From a virus (Duplodnaviria; Heunggongvirae; Uroviricota; Caudoviricetes), in the IMG/VR virus record IMGVR_UViG_2654587996_000002: a stretch of DNA of 37,878 nt. One strand, given 5' to 3'. The notes below the pieces were generated by a model, which did no database searches, was not told where the DNA came from, and saw nothing but the letters and a program-made list of their open reading frames with translations. Each line of letters begins with the position of its first letter. Positions within the stretch are counted from its first letter, which is position 1. Both the position numbers and the translations under genes were made by a program. This document shows, piece after piece, positions 9,053-18,152 of this stretch.

Positions 9053-9123
9053 TATTCCGCAAATCCTGCCCCCTTTTTCCCACGGTTACGCTGACTCAGA
9101 GAACACCATGAGACAGCGTAACA

Positions 9124-9624
9124 ATGCCAAAACTCCCCGCGCCACTGCGTAAAAAGCTGATTGCCCTTGTTCTGGCCGGAGCCGGAACGTTCACCATTGC
9201 CACGCACTACACCGGCTACTGGGAAGGGAAAGAAAACACCACGTACATTGATCCCACCGGCACCCCCACCATCTGCCACGGTCATACCGGTCCGGATGTG
9301 AAACCGGGGATGACAAAAACCGATGAAGAATGTCTGGAGCTGCTGGAAAAGGACATGAAATGGGCCTTTGCGGCCATTGATCGTTATGTTCAGGTGCCGC
9401 TTACCCGTGGTCAGACGGTGGCGCTGGCCTCCTGGATTTTCTGGGCCGGTGAAACGAACTTTCGCAACTCCACGCTCCTGCGCCTTATCAATGCCGGGCA
9501 GATGCCTGCGTCCTGTAAGCAGTACATCCGCTGGATTTATTCGAAGGGGGTGAAACTCCCCGGTCTTGAGGCCCGCCGTTCGGCGGATGAATGGTTATGT
9601 CGCTACGATTTGCCGAAAGTCTGA
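9124..9624 (+). CDS. phage lysozyme (GH24-like endolysin) with SAR-like N-terminal segment
   Basis: YWEGKENTTYIDPTGTPTICHGHTG lysozyme-like core; N-terminus LIALVLAGAGTFTIATHYTG is weakly hydrophobic and Gly/Ala-rich, as in signal-anchor-release endolysins. Confidence 0.75.
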   Translation: MPKLPAPLRKKLIALVLAGAGTFTIATHYTGYWEGKENTTYIDPTGTPTICHGHTGPDVKPGMTKTDEECLELLEKDMKWAFAAIDRYVQVPLTRGQTVALASWIFWAGETNFRNSTLLRLINAGQMPASCKQYIRWIYSKGVKLPGLEARRSADEWLCRYDLPKV

Positions 9625-9697
9625 ACCGCTTCTGGCGACCGCTCATGATTGCGCTGCTGTGTGCCGTTGTGCTGCTGCGGGGTGTGCTGTGGCTGCG

Positions 9698-10087
9698 GTG
9701 AATAATCCCTTACCGGCCCTGATTGCCGGAGGGTGTATGGCGGCGCTGGGGGTGATGAGCGTGCTGGCTGCCGTGGTATGGGGAATGCACCAGAAGACAC
9801 AGCGCCTCGAAGACAATAACCAGGTGCTTGTGCGTGAACGGGACGAAGCCCGTCTGGTACTGGCAAATCAGCAACGCACCCTGCAACTCATTTCACAAAT
9901 CAGCAAGGCGGCCACGAATGAAAAACAGCAGAACATGCAGCACAGCGAGGAACAGCAGAGCATTGTCCGCCGGTCGCTGGCAACGGTGCCTGCGGCCGCT
10001 GTGCCTGTGCCTGATGATGTGGCTGACCGGGTGCGGCGGGCCGTCTGTGAAATACGTGCCGGTGAAGCCGGTGCCGATCCCCGCTGA
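9698..10087 (+). CDS. i-spanin (Rz-like inner membrane spanin); start uncertain (GTG 9698 or ATG 9737)
   Basis: N-terminal TM (LPALIAGGCMAALGVMSVLAAVVWG) then charged, coiled-coil-like region (QRLEDNNQVLVRERDEARLVLANQQRTLQ); directly after lysozyme. Confidence 0.55.
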   Translation: MNNPLPALIAGGCMAALGVMSVLAAVVWGMHQKTQRLEDNNQVLVRERDEARLVLANQQRTLQLISQISKAATNEKQQNMQHSEEQQSIVRRSLATVPAAAVPVPDDVADRVRRAVCEIRAGEAGADPR

Positions 10088-10289
10088 ATGGCTGGCTGAC
10101 TGCCTGGTCCCTCCTGTGCCGCAGCCATTCACGTTTGGCGCATCGGTCACTTACAACCTGCAACTGCTGGCGGTGATTAAGAACTGCAACGTGGACAAGG
10201 CCAGCATCCGACGTCTGGAGGCACAGCGACAGCATGAATTTACTGATATGGCCGGAACGACTGCTGTTCCGGCAGGAAAGACGAAGTAA
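9918..10289 (+). CDS. o-spanin (Rz1-like outer membrane lipoprotein) overlapping i-spanin in +1 frame
   Basis: Lipobox-like LTGC after hydrophobic CLRPLCLCLMMW; Pro-rich mature region (VKYVPVKPVPIPAEW...VPPVPQP); starts inside and extends past i-spanin. Alternative TTG start at 9963. Confidence 0.55.
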   Translation: MKNSRTCSTARNSRALSAGRWQRCLRPLCLCLMMWLTGCGGPSVKYVPVKPVPIPAEWLADCLVPPVPQPFTFGASVTYNLQLLAVIKNCNVDKASIRRLEAQRQHEFTDMAGTTAVPAGKTK

Positions 10290-10299
10290 GGAAAAAGGT

Positions 10300-10527
10300 A
10301 TGGATGATTCAGATTGTGCTCAGGCAGTCGTGGAGCGGGCAACAGAACGCGCCCTTTGTGACCGGCTGACACGTAAGCGCCGGGTGGTGGAAACACCGGG
10401 CAGGCGTGTATGCGCGGACTGCGGGGGTGACATTCCGGCCGCCCGTCTGGTTGCCGTGCCGGATGCCATCCGTTGTGTGAACTGCCAGAACATCATGGAG
10501 GCCGGTCATGTGGGTCAGCATCGTTAA
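10300..10527 (+). CDS. TraR/DksA-family C4 zinc-finger protein
   Basis: CADCGGDIPAARL...IRCVNCQ four-Cys motif; good RBS (AAAAAGG) before ATG 10300. Confidence 0.65.
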   Translation: MDDSDCAQAVVERATERALCDRLTRKRRVVETPGRRVCADCGGDIPAARLVAVPDAIRCVNCQNIMEAGHVGQHR

Positions 10528-10816
10528 AGATTATGTCGTGCCGATCCTGTCGGCAACGGCCACAGCCGGGGGGATTTTTATGGCGCTGATGCGCAAAACC
10601 TTTGTCCCCCGCGAGGCCTTTGAAAAACTCTCCGACCGGGTTGAGCGGGTGGAGAGCCGGATTTCCGGCCTGCCCACGCAGCAGGAGGTGAACAGACTCA
10701 ATATCGAAATCACCACCCTGCGCGGTGAGCTTAAGGCCACCAATGCCACCCTGAAATCCGTCTCCCACCAGAACGAACTGCTGCTGGAGCAGGCTGTAAG
10801 GAAAAAAACACAATGA
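10508..10816 (+). CDS. single-pass membrane protein in the Mu gp25 slot (possible releasin-like lysis factor)
   Basis: N-terminal TM VVPILSATATAGGIFMALM followed by coiled-coil-like soluble region; function inferred from position only. Confidence 0.45.
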   Translation: MWVSIVKDYVVPILSATATAGGIFMALMRKTFVPREAFEKLSDRVERVESRISGLPTQQEVNRLNIEITTLRGELKATNATLKSVSHQNELLLEQAVRKKTQ

Positions 10817-11103
10817 GTGATTTCATTACTGAAGATCAGCGTCTTGTCATTCTGCGGTCGCTGGCGGATTACAACGGCGAACTGGGCGAATCCGTGCTTC
10901 AGGACTGCCTGGATGATTACGGCCACCGTGTGTCCCGCGACACCGTGCATACCCATATTGCCTGGCTTGCCGAGCAGGGACTGGTGCGTAAGCGCACGCT
11001 TGTTAACGGTTATTTCATCGCTGAACTGACCGGCCGGGGTCAGGATGTGGCGGAAGGCCGCGCCACCGTTCCGGGTGTGAAGAAACCACGCGCAAGGGGG
11101 TAA
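10813..11103 (+). CDS. hypothetical protein (Mu gp26 position)
   Basis: ORF with ATGA overlap to upstream gene; immediately upstream of terminase genes. Confidence 0.5.
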   Translation: MSDFITEDQRLVILRSLADYNGELGESVLQDCLDDYGHRVSRDTVHTHIAWLAEQGLVRKRTLVNGYFIAELTGRGQDVAEGRATVPGVKKPRARG

Positions 11104-11105
11104 CG

Positions 11106-11687
11106 ATGGATAAGCCAACGCGTGGCCGTGTACGCAAGGTGGATTTGCTCCCCGACAGCATCCGTAAGCCGCTGCTGGAAATGCTGCGTGAAAAACGTCT
11201 GACGCAGGTCCAGATCCGCGAGGAAATCAACCGCCTGATCCGTGAGGCGGGTCTGCCGGAAGAACAGCAGCTTTCACCGGCGGCCATCAGCCGGGAAGCC
11301 TCCCGTAATGAGCTGATTGCCCGTAACCTGCGTGATTTACGCGAGCAGACAAAAGCCATGATGGCCGAACTGGGGGACAAGCCGACCGGTGAAACCACGG
11401 CACTGATTCTGGAAATGTCCCGCGCCCTGATGTACCGCCGTCTGCGTGCTGCCACCGAATCCCTGAACAGCGACAGCGATGTGGATATGCGCCTTATTAA
11501 GGACATCCTCCTGTCGGCACAGCGTGCGGAAAGTGCCGCCGAGCGCAGCATTAAGCGTGAAAAAGAAATCCGGGCCGCATTTGCTGAAGAGATGGCGAAC
11601 GCGGTCACCGATGAGCTGCGCGGCGTGGACGGGATGAGTGAACAGCTTGAGTCCCGTATTAAGGGGATTCTGTTGGGTAAAGCCTGA
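11106..11687 (+). CDS. Mu gp27-like protein (putative terminase small subunit)
   Basis: 193 aa, Arg/Glu-rich helical protein directly preceding terminase large subunit; stop overlaps start of next gene. Confidence 0.6.
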   Translation: MDKPTRGRVRKVDLLPDSIRKPLLEMLREKRLTQVQIREEINRLIREAGLPEEQQLSPAAISREASRNELIARNLRDLREQTKAMMAELGDKPTGETTALILEMSRALMYRRLRAATESLNSDSDVDMRLIKDILLSAQRAESAAERSIKREKEIRAAFAEEMANAVTDELRGVDGMSEQLESRIKGILLGKA

Positions 11688-13351
11688 TGAATAACGCCGA
11701 AGAACTCTCCCCCTTACTGACGAATACCGTCTCCACCCGCAAAATTGATCTGGCCGGTGAAAAAGCCCTGCTGGGCGTGGATGTGCCGGACAGCCTTGAT
11801 TTGCCCGGTGATATGCCGGTGTTTCTGGATTATCAGGCCCGCTGGTTTGCGGATGAAAGTCAGGTCTGCATCGCGGAAAAATCCCGCCGCACCGGGCTTA
11901 CCTGGGCGGAAGCCGGGCGTAACGTCATTACCGCTGCAAAACCGAAGCGGCGTGGTGGCCGTAATGTGTTTTATGTGGGGTCAAAGCAGGAGATGGCGCT
12001 GGAATATATTTCTGCCTGCGCGCTGTTCTCCCGTGCCTTTAACCAGCTGGCAGATGCTGATGTGTATGAACAGACCTTCTGGGATCGGGATAAAAAAGAA
12101 GAAATTCTGACCTACATGATCCGCTTTCCGAACAGTGGATTCAAAATTCAGGCACTGTCTTCCCGTCCGTCAAACCTGCGCGGCCTTCAGGGGGATGTGG
12201 TGATTGATGAAGCCGCGTTCCACGAGTCACTGGATGAGCTTCTCAAGGCGGCAATGGCGCTTACCATGTGGGGCGCACGCGTGCGCATTATTTCCACGCA
12301 TAACGGCGTCGATAATCTGTTTAATCAGTACATTCAGGAGGCCCGCGAGGGGCGCAAGGATTACAGCGTCCACCGCATAACCCTGGATGATGCCATTGCG
12401 GACGGATTATACCGTCGTATCTGTTACGTCACCGATCAGGAATGGTCACCGGAAAGTGAGCAGAAATGGCGTGATGATCTCTACAAAAACGCCCCGACCC
12501 GTGAGGATGCCGACGAGGAATACGGCTGTATCCCGAAAAAATCCGGCGGTGCCTATATTCCCCACGCGCTTATTGAAATGGCGATGATCCGTGACATCCC
12601 GATTCTGACGTTTGAAGCCCCGGACGACTTCATCAGCCGTGCCGCATGGCTGCGCGAATCGGAAGTTTTAACCTGGTGTGAAGAACATTTAAAACCGCTT
12701 ACAGAGAAATTAAATCCCCGTTCCCGCTTCAGCTTCGGGGAAGACTTTGCCCGCACCGGTGACCTGTCCTGCTTTGTGCTGCTGGAAATCACCGAATCCC
12801 TGGCAAAGCGCGAGGTGTTTCGCGTGGAGCTGCGCAACCTGCCGTATGCCCAGCAGGAACAGGTGATGATGTACATCCTGACCCGCGTTCCGGCGCTGGT
12901 CGGTGCAGCGTTCGACGCCACCGGTAACGGCGGCTATCTGGCAGAGGCCGCACTGCTGGCCTTTGGCCCGGACATCATCGACTGCGTGATGTTGTCGCCG
13001 AAGTGGTACGGCGAGTGGATGCCAAAACTGAAAGCCGAGTTTGAAGATCAGAATATCCTCGTCGCGCGCCATCAGACCACGCTTGATGATTTGCGCCATG
13101 TGAAGGTGGTGAACGGTATCCCGCAAATCGACAAGGGGCGCACGAAGGACCAGAACGCAACGGCTGCGAACGCCCGCCGCCATGGTGATTTTGCCGTGGC
13201 GCTCTGTATGGCAAACCGGGCGTCATATATGGAGGGCTTCATCCTGGATGAATCAGCCTGTCAGGCGCTGCCGGAGCGGTCGCGGGCAATGGAGGGCGGT
13301 TATCGTGATGACGATGAGGCATATCATGAATTTGATCGGGGGTGCTGGTAG
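11687..13351 (+). CDS. terminase large subunit (Mu gp28-like)
   Basis: 554 aa; position between gp27-like and portal; Walker-B-like VVIDEAAF; size typical of Mu-type TerL. Confidence 0.8.
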   Translation: MNNAEELSPLLTNTVSTRKIDLAGEKALLGVDVPDSLDLPGDMPVFLDYQARWFADESQVCIAEKSRRTGLTWAEAGRNVITAAKPKRRGGRNVFYVGSKQEMALEYISACALFSRAFNQLADADVYEQTFWDRDKKEEILTYMIRFPNSGFKIQALSSRPSNLRGLQGDVVIDEAAFHESLDELLKAAMALTMWGARVRIISTHNGVDNLFNQYIQEAREGRKDYSVHRITLDDAIADGLYRRICYVTDQEWSPESEQKWRDDLYKNAPTREDADEEYGCIPKKSGGAYIPHALIEMAMIRDIPILTFEAPDDFISRAAWLRESEVLTWCEEHLKPLTEKLNPRSRFSFGEDFARTGDLSCFVLLEITESLAKREVFRVELRNLPYAQQEQVMMYILTRVPALVGAAFDATGNGGYLAEAALLAFGPDIIDCVMLSPKWYGEWMPKLKAEFEDQNILVARHQTTLDDLRHVKVVNGIPQIDKGRTKDQNATAANARRHGDFAVALCMANRASYMEGFILDESACQALPERSRAMEGGYRDDDEAYHEFDRGCW

Positions 13352-14940
13352 TGGGACGCATCATTGATACTGACGGAAAACCTTTCTCCTTTGACCCGGA
13401 GATGCAGAGTGCCGCGCTGGATATTCCGCAGATTGCCAGCCGTTATGTTGAACATCCGGCTTCGGGTATCAACCCGAACCGGGCGGCGCAGTGCCTTCGC
13501 GGGGCTGAACGTGGCGATCTGATTGCCCAGTCCGATCTGGCCGCTGATATTGAAGAAAAGGACACCCACCTTTTTGCGGAGCTGGGCAAGCGACGTCTTG
13601 CCATTCAGGGGGTGCCATGGAGTATTGAGCCGCCACCAAACGCCAGCGCGAATGAGAAAAAGGACGCGGAAATGCTCGACGAATACCTGCATTCCGCCGA
13701 CTGGTTTGATGCCATGCTGTTTGACGCCACGGATGCCATCCTGAAGGGCTATTCCTGCATGGAAATTGAGCACGGGATGCTCGGTAAAATGCACATCATC
13801 CGCGCCATCCACTGGCGTGACAGCGGCCATTTCTGCCTTAACCCGGATGATTTGAGCGAGCTGCGACTGCGTGACGGCAGCCATGCCGGGGTGGCGTTTC
13901 AGCCCTTTGGCTGGATAGTGCATCAGTCACGTTCACGCACCGGCTACGGCGGCGCAACGGGGCTTGTCAGAACGCTTATCTGGCCGTTCATCTTCAAAAA
14001 CTATTCCGTGCGTGATCTGGCGGAGTTTCTGGAGGTGTACGGCCTGCCGATGAAGGTCGGGAAATACCCGTCCGGGGCAACACCGGAGCAGAAAAGCGCC
14101 CTGATGCGGGCGGTGATGGATATCGGGCGACGTACAGGCGGGATCATCCCGGCCGGGATGTCGCTGGAGTTTCAGGCGGCAGCGAACGGTCAGGCCGATC
14201 CGTTTGAAACCATGATTTCGTGGGGGGAGCGTTCCATCTCCAAAGCAATACTCGGCGGCACGCTGACCACGGAAGCCGGAGACAAAGGCGCACGCTCGCT
14301 GGGTGAGGTGCATAACGAGGTGCGCCGGGAAATCAGGGATTCTGATTTACGGCAGCTGGCTGCAACCCTGAACCGCGATCTGGTGTATCCGCTGTACGCC
14401 CTGAACACCACGCACACTATTGATATCCGCCGTCTGCCACGTATCTGCTTCCAGACCAAAGAACCAGGTGATATCACCAAAATCACCAGTGCGGTGATGC
14501 AGCTCAGTACGGGGATGGATATTTCTGATCCCTGGATACGGGAGCAGACCGGTATTCCGCAGCCCACGCCCGGTGAAGCCATATTCCGTGTCCGTCAGAG
14601 TGGCAATGAACCGGCTCAGACCGACAGGGAAACACCACCGGAAAAACAGGAAAAGACAGAACAGACGGCGCTTTCAGCCCGACTACCGGAAACGAAAAAC
14701 ACGCAGCGTGATGAACTGGACGACATGGGGGACGCGGTGCCTGCCCGCCGTTTACAGGAGGCCATCGATCCGGTGCTGGAGCCGGTCATTGATGCCATCA
14801 GAACGCGGGGGCTGGCGGATGCGCTGGCAGACCTGCCCGCCCTTTATCGTGAAATGGATGATTCCCGCCTGATGACGCTGCTCAGTGATGCCATGTTTGC
14901 TGCGGAAATGAAGGGGATGCTGGATGGCTCAGGGGATTGA
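13342..14940 (+). CDS. portal protein (Mu gp29-like)
   Basis: 532 aa following TerL with 10-nt overlap; acidic/charged C-terminus; conserved Mu order. Confidence 0.75.
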   Translation: MLVVGRIIDTDGKPFSFDPEMQSAALDIPQIASRYVEHPASGINPNRAAQCLRGAERGDLIAQSDLAADIEEKDTHLFAELGKRRLAIQGVPWSIEPPPNASANEKKDAEMLDEYLHSADWFDAMLFDATDAILKGYSCMEIEHGMLGKMHIIRAIHWRDSGHFCLNPDDLSELRLRDGSHAGVAFQPFGWIVHQSRSRTGYGGATGLVRTLIWPFIFKNYSVRDLAEFLEVYGLPMKVGKYPSGATPEQKSALMRAVMDIGRRTGGIIPAGMSLEFQAAANGQADPFETMISWGERSISKAILGGTLTTEAGDKGARSLGEVHNEVRREIRDSDLRQLAATLNRDLVYPLYALNTTHTIDIRRLPRICFQTKEPGDITKITSAVMQLSTGMDISDPWIREQTGIPQPTPGEAIFRVRQSGNEPAQTDRETPPEKQEKTEQTALSARLPETKNTQRDELDDMGDAVPARRLQEAIDPVLEPVIDAIRTRGLADALADLPALYREMDDSRLMTLLSDAMFAAEMKGMLDGSGD

Positions 14941-16255
14941 TTTAGGTTATGCCGCCACGCTTCCCTCAAAAGAGGCGGTGGCATACTTCCGCGCCAAAGG
15001 GGCACATATCAGCTGGAACTGGTTCGAAACAAACGCAGATGTTCATGCCCGTTCATTCACGGCGGCAAAAGTGGCACGCCTGGACGTACTGACCACACTA
15101 CAGGCGGAAGTGCAGCGTGCTGTTGATGAGGGAATTTCACAGAAAGCATTTATCCGCACGCTGACGCCACGCCTGCAAAAGCTGGGATGGTGGGGAAAGC
15201 AGATTGTGGTGGACAGCGACGGTAACGCGGAAGAAGTGCAACTGGGCAGTCCCCGTCGTCTGGCGCTGATTTACAACGTGAACACCCGTGTGGCTTACAA
15301 TGCCGGGCGTTACACGCAGATGATGAACAACACGGACACGCATCCGTTCTGGCAGTATGTGGCGGTCATGGACAGCCGCACCCGCCCGGCGCATTCCGCC
15401 CTTAACGGGCTGGTATTCCGCTATGATGATCCGTTCTGGAAAACACACTACCCGCCCAATGGCTGGAACTGCCGCTGCCGTGTGCGACCATTGTCTCAGG
15501 CCCGTCTGGATGCAATGGGGTTATCCGTTTCATCCGGTGAGGATCATCTCTCCACCCGCAATGTTGAGGCTGGCGTGGATAAACAGACCGGAGAAGTCAG
15601 AGAAATGCCGGTGACCACATATTCAGATGGCACCAGAACCATGACACCGGATGTGGGCTGGTCATATAACCCCGGCTCGGCAGCGTTCGGCACAGACCAG
15701 GCGCTGATCCGCAAACTGATCGAGGTGAAAAGCCCGGCGTTACGGGAAATGGTGGTTCAGGAGATGAACAACAGCCCGGAGCGGCAGCTGGCGTTCCGCA
15801 TCTGGGCAAAAAACATCATGCAGACCCGGCGAGGTGGTAACGATATCCGCACGCTGGGCTTTATGACTGAAAGCATTGCGCAGGCAGTGGAAAGCCGGAC
15901 GGGAACGCCACCGGCCCGCCTGCTGGCGATGAGCGGTAAAAATGTGCTCCATGCAGACAGTGTGAAACATCAGAATGACGGCATCGCCCTGATGCCAGAG
16001 GACTTCGGGCGCTTACCGGCAATGCTGGCAAAGCCAAAAGCGGTGCTGTGGGACAAACGGCACAACAATCTGATGTATATCGTGGAAAATAAGGATGGCA
16101 GTGTGCAGATTGCCGTTAATGCACCGTACAGTCTGAAACGTCAGCCCGACAAACTGGATGTGATTGTGAATGCTTACCGGGTTATCAATATGGATAAGCT
16201 GAAATCGGATATCCGGGGCGGAATGCTTGAGGTGCTGGAAGGACAAATTGATTAA
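14924..16255 (+). CDS. head morphogenesis protein F (Mu gp30-like)
   Basis: 443 aa after portal; conserved Mu order and size. Confidence 0.7.
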   Translation: MAQGIDLGYAATLPSKEAVAYFRAKGAHISWNWFETNADVHARSFTAAKVARLDVLTTLQAEVQRAVDEGISQKAFIRTLTPRLQKLGWWGKQIVVDSDGNAEEVQLGSPRRLALIYNVNTRVAYNAGRYTQMMNNTDTHPFWQYVAVMDSRTRPAHSALNGLVFRYDDPFWKTHYPPNGWNCRCRVRPLSQARLDAMGLSVSSGEDHLSTRNVEAGVDKQTGEVREMPVTTYSDGTRTMTPDVGWSYNPGSAAFGTDQALIRKLIEVKSPALREMVVQEMNNSPERQLAFRIWAKNIMQTRRGGNDIRTLGFMTESIAQAVESRTGTPPARLLAMSGKNVLHADSVKHQNDGIALMPEDFGRLPAMLAKPKAVLWDKRHNNLMYIVENKDGSVQIAVNAPYSLKRQPDKLDVIVNAYRVINMDKLKSDIRGGMLEVLEGQID

Positions 16256-16256
16256 C

Positions 16257-16337
16257 GGTCAGTGGCGGGGGTCGAACCCGCATACATGATCCACCCGGAG
16301 GCAGGCACCGACTTTACCAGTTAAGCGTACACTGACC
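16257..16337 (-). other. tRNA-like structured element (canonical T-arm plus 8-bp acceptor-like stem), not a confident tRNA
   Basis: On - strand: GGTCAGTG ... GCGGG-TTCGACC-CCCGC-CACTGACC. T-arm-like hairpin sits immediately 5' of the 3' acceptor-like strand; D and anticodon arms do not fold canonically by eye. Confidence 0.3.
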
Positions 16338-16376
16338 GCCTGTTTATTTTATATTCATCCTTTATGCGGAGGCAAT

Positions 16377-16850
16377 ATGTCATCCATTGATGCCGCTGTC
16401 GTTGTTGACGTTACGCGTCTCCAGCGGGTGTTTGCCCGGCTTCAGTTTGTGGGCGGCGGAAAAGACCTGGCCCGCAGTGTGGCGGCGAGTCTGTTGTCAT
16501 CGTCAGAAATGGCGTTTGAACAGGAAAAAGAGCCGGACGGCGAACGCTGGCATGACTGGTCAGATCCTTACCGCAAGTGGCGTACCCGTAAGGGATACAC
16601 GCCCGGCAAAATCCTGACGCTGAACGGCGATCTGGCCCGCCGCCTGACCACGGATTATGGCGATACCTGGGCGCTGATTGGATCAAATGAGCCTTATGCA
16701 GCCATTCATCAGTGGGGTGGCCTGCCCGGTATGCCACCGGGACCAGCAGCCATTGGTGCGCGTCCGTATATGGGCTTTGATCAGGTGGCAGAACAGGAGA
16801 TCATGGACGAAATCAGAAAACGCTTTAAAAAGGCCACAGAAACGCCGTAA
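16377..16850 (+). CDS. virion morphogenesis protein G (Mu gp31-like)
   Basis: 157 aa; GGAGG RBS; conserved position between F and I. Confidence 0.65.
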   Translation: MSSIDAAVVVDVTRLQRVFARLQFVGGGKDLARSVAASLLSSSEMAFEQEKEPDGERWHDWSDPYRKWRTRKGYTPGKILTLNGDLARRLTTDYGDTWALIGSNEPYAAIHQWGGLPGMPPGPAAIGARPYMGFDQVAEQEIMDEIRKRFKKATETP

Positions 16851-17027
16851 TGGTTTAAGGTATACAAACACATTACCTTACCCTCTTCAGGCGCGTGTCG
16901 TGATTTTCTAACCTGTATTTAACGGGCTTTAAAATCTGCGTGAAGCGCCTTTCTCATTTTACCCCTGTCAGCACTTTCTGAAGTCCCGCAAAACCTGCCC
17001 TGAAAAACACCGGCTTATGCTGCCGGA

Positions 17028-18152
17028 ATGAAGACGAAAAACACGCCCAAACTTGCTTATGCCATTCTGAATGCCATCAGCCTGTCCGCAGACGGGGACG
17101 GTGACTGGTGTCAGATCATGCCAGCCGGTCGGGTAAAGGCCCGTGACGGTCGCCCGGAAAAACCGGCTGAAGGCTGGCTGATTAACCGTGCGACCGTTGA
17201 GCGCATGGTATCCCGGGTTGTGGCGCTCAATCAGCCGGTAAAAATTGACTACAACCACCAGAGCCTGATTAAGGGGCATCCGGCACCGGCTGCCGGTTTT
17301 GTCATGGCCTCACCGGAAAACTTCCGCTTCAGTGAAGAGCGGGGTTTTGAAGTGCGTCCGAAGTGGAACCCTCCGGCCATTGAACACCTGCGCAATAACG
17401 AGTTTCCCTGGTTTTCCCCGGTGATTGGTTATGACGAAATCACCGGTGAACCTGTTGAGCTTCGGATGCTGGCTATTACCGGTGACCCCGGTCTGACTGG
17501 CATGAATCCTGTCGCCGCACTGTCGGCGGATGACCTTTATAACGCCTTAAACCCTCCTTTAAAGGACACCTCCATGAATGAGCAATTACGCCAGTTGCTG
17601 ACGGCGCTCGGTCTGACCGTGGCTGACGGTGACGAATTTACGCCGGAACTGGGCACGGCGGCGCTGTCTGCCCTTACCGGGATCAAAACCCGTGCGGATG
17701 CGCACGACACCCTGAAAACGCAGGTTGCCAGCCTGTCAGCAGAGCTGGAAACCGCAAAAGGCACACCAACTGGCGGCACTATTGATCTGACGAAATACGT
17801 GCCCGTTGAGACGTATAACGCCCTGCGTACCGAATATGTCGCGCTGTCGGCACAGCACGGCAGCACCACGCTGGAGCAGTTGCTGGATAAGGCCGAGTCC
17901 GAAGGACGCATTTTCAAAAGCGAACGCGGATACATGGAAGGACTCGGACAACAGATTGGCGTTGCAGCACTTTCTGCACAGCTTGACGCCCGCCAGCCGG
18001 TTGCGGCTCTGACCACTCTTCAGACCGACACCGTGACCGTGCCGGATAAAAAGACCGCCACTGCTGTGCTGTCGGCTGAAGATATCGCCGCCGCCCATCT
18101 GCTGGGTAAAACCGAAGCCGAGTTCCTGAAAATGAAAGAGGAAATGCAATAA
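17028..18152 (+). CDS. Mu I-like head protease / scaffold protein
   Basis: 374 aa; helical Ala/Leu-rich C-terminal half typical of scaffold; stop overlaps start of major head gene; preceded by 177-nt intergenic region. Confidence 0.75.
   Translation: MKTKNTPKLAYAILNAISLSADGDGDWCQIMPAGRVKARDGRPEKPAEGWLINRATVERMVSRVVALNQPVKIDYNHQSLIKGHPAPAAGFVMASPENFRFSEERGFEVRPKWNPPAIEHLRNNEFPWFSPVIGYDEITGEPVELRMLAITGDPGLTGMNPVAALSADDLYNALNPPLKDTSMNEQLRQLLTALGLTVADGDEFTPELGTAALSALTGIKTRADAHDTLKTQVASLSAELETAKGTPTGGTIDLTKYVPVETYNALRTEYVALSAQHGSTTLEQLLDKAESEGRIFKSERGYMEGLGQQIGVAALSAQLDARQPVAALTTLQTDTVTVPDKKTATAVLSAEDIAAAHLLGKTEAEFLKMKEEMQ

Noticed and set aside
8766-9152. 128-aa + strand ORF overlapping the Mor/C gene and the lysozyme start in another frame
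   Set aside because: Alternate-frame ORF spanning two well-supported genes and the intergenic promoter region; biased composition; no independent support.
9646-9702. 18-codon hydrophobic mini-ORF (MIALLCAVVLLRGVLWLR) considered as a holin or antiholin
   Set aside because: Too short for a holin TM hairpin and overlaps the probable i-spanin start region; kept only as a note in the lysis finding.
11015-11608. 197-aa minus-strand ORF antisense to the gp27-like gene
   Set aside because: Arg/Ser-rich low-complexity translation, fully embedded antisense to a well-supported + strand gene; typical high-GC antisense artefact.
16257-16337. Calling the F-G intergenic element a bona fide tRNA gene
   Set aside because: Only the acceptor stem and T-arm fold canonically; D and anticodon arms cannot be drawn by eye and length is ~80 nt, so it is reported as tRNA-like rather than annotated as tRNA.
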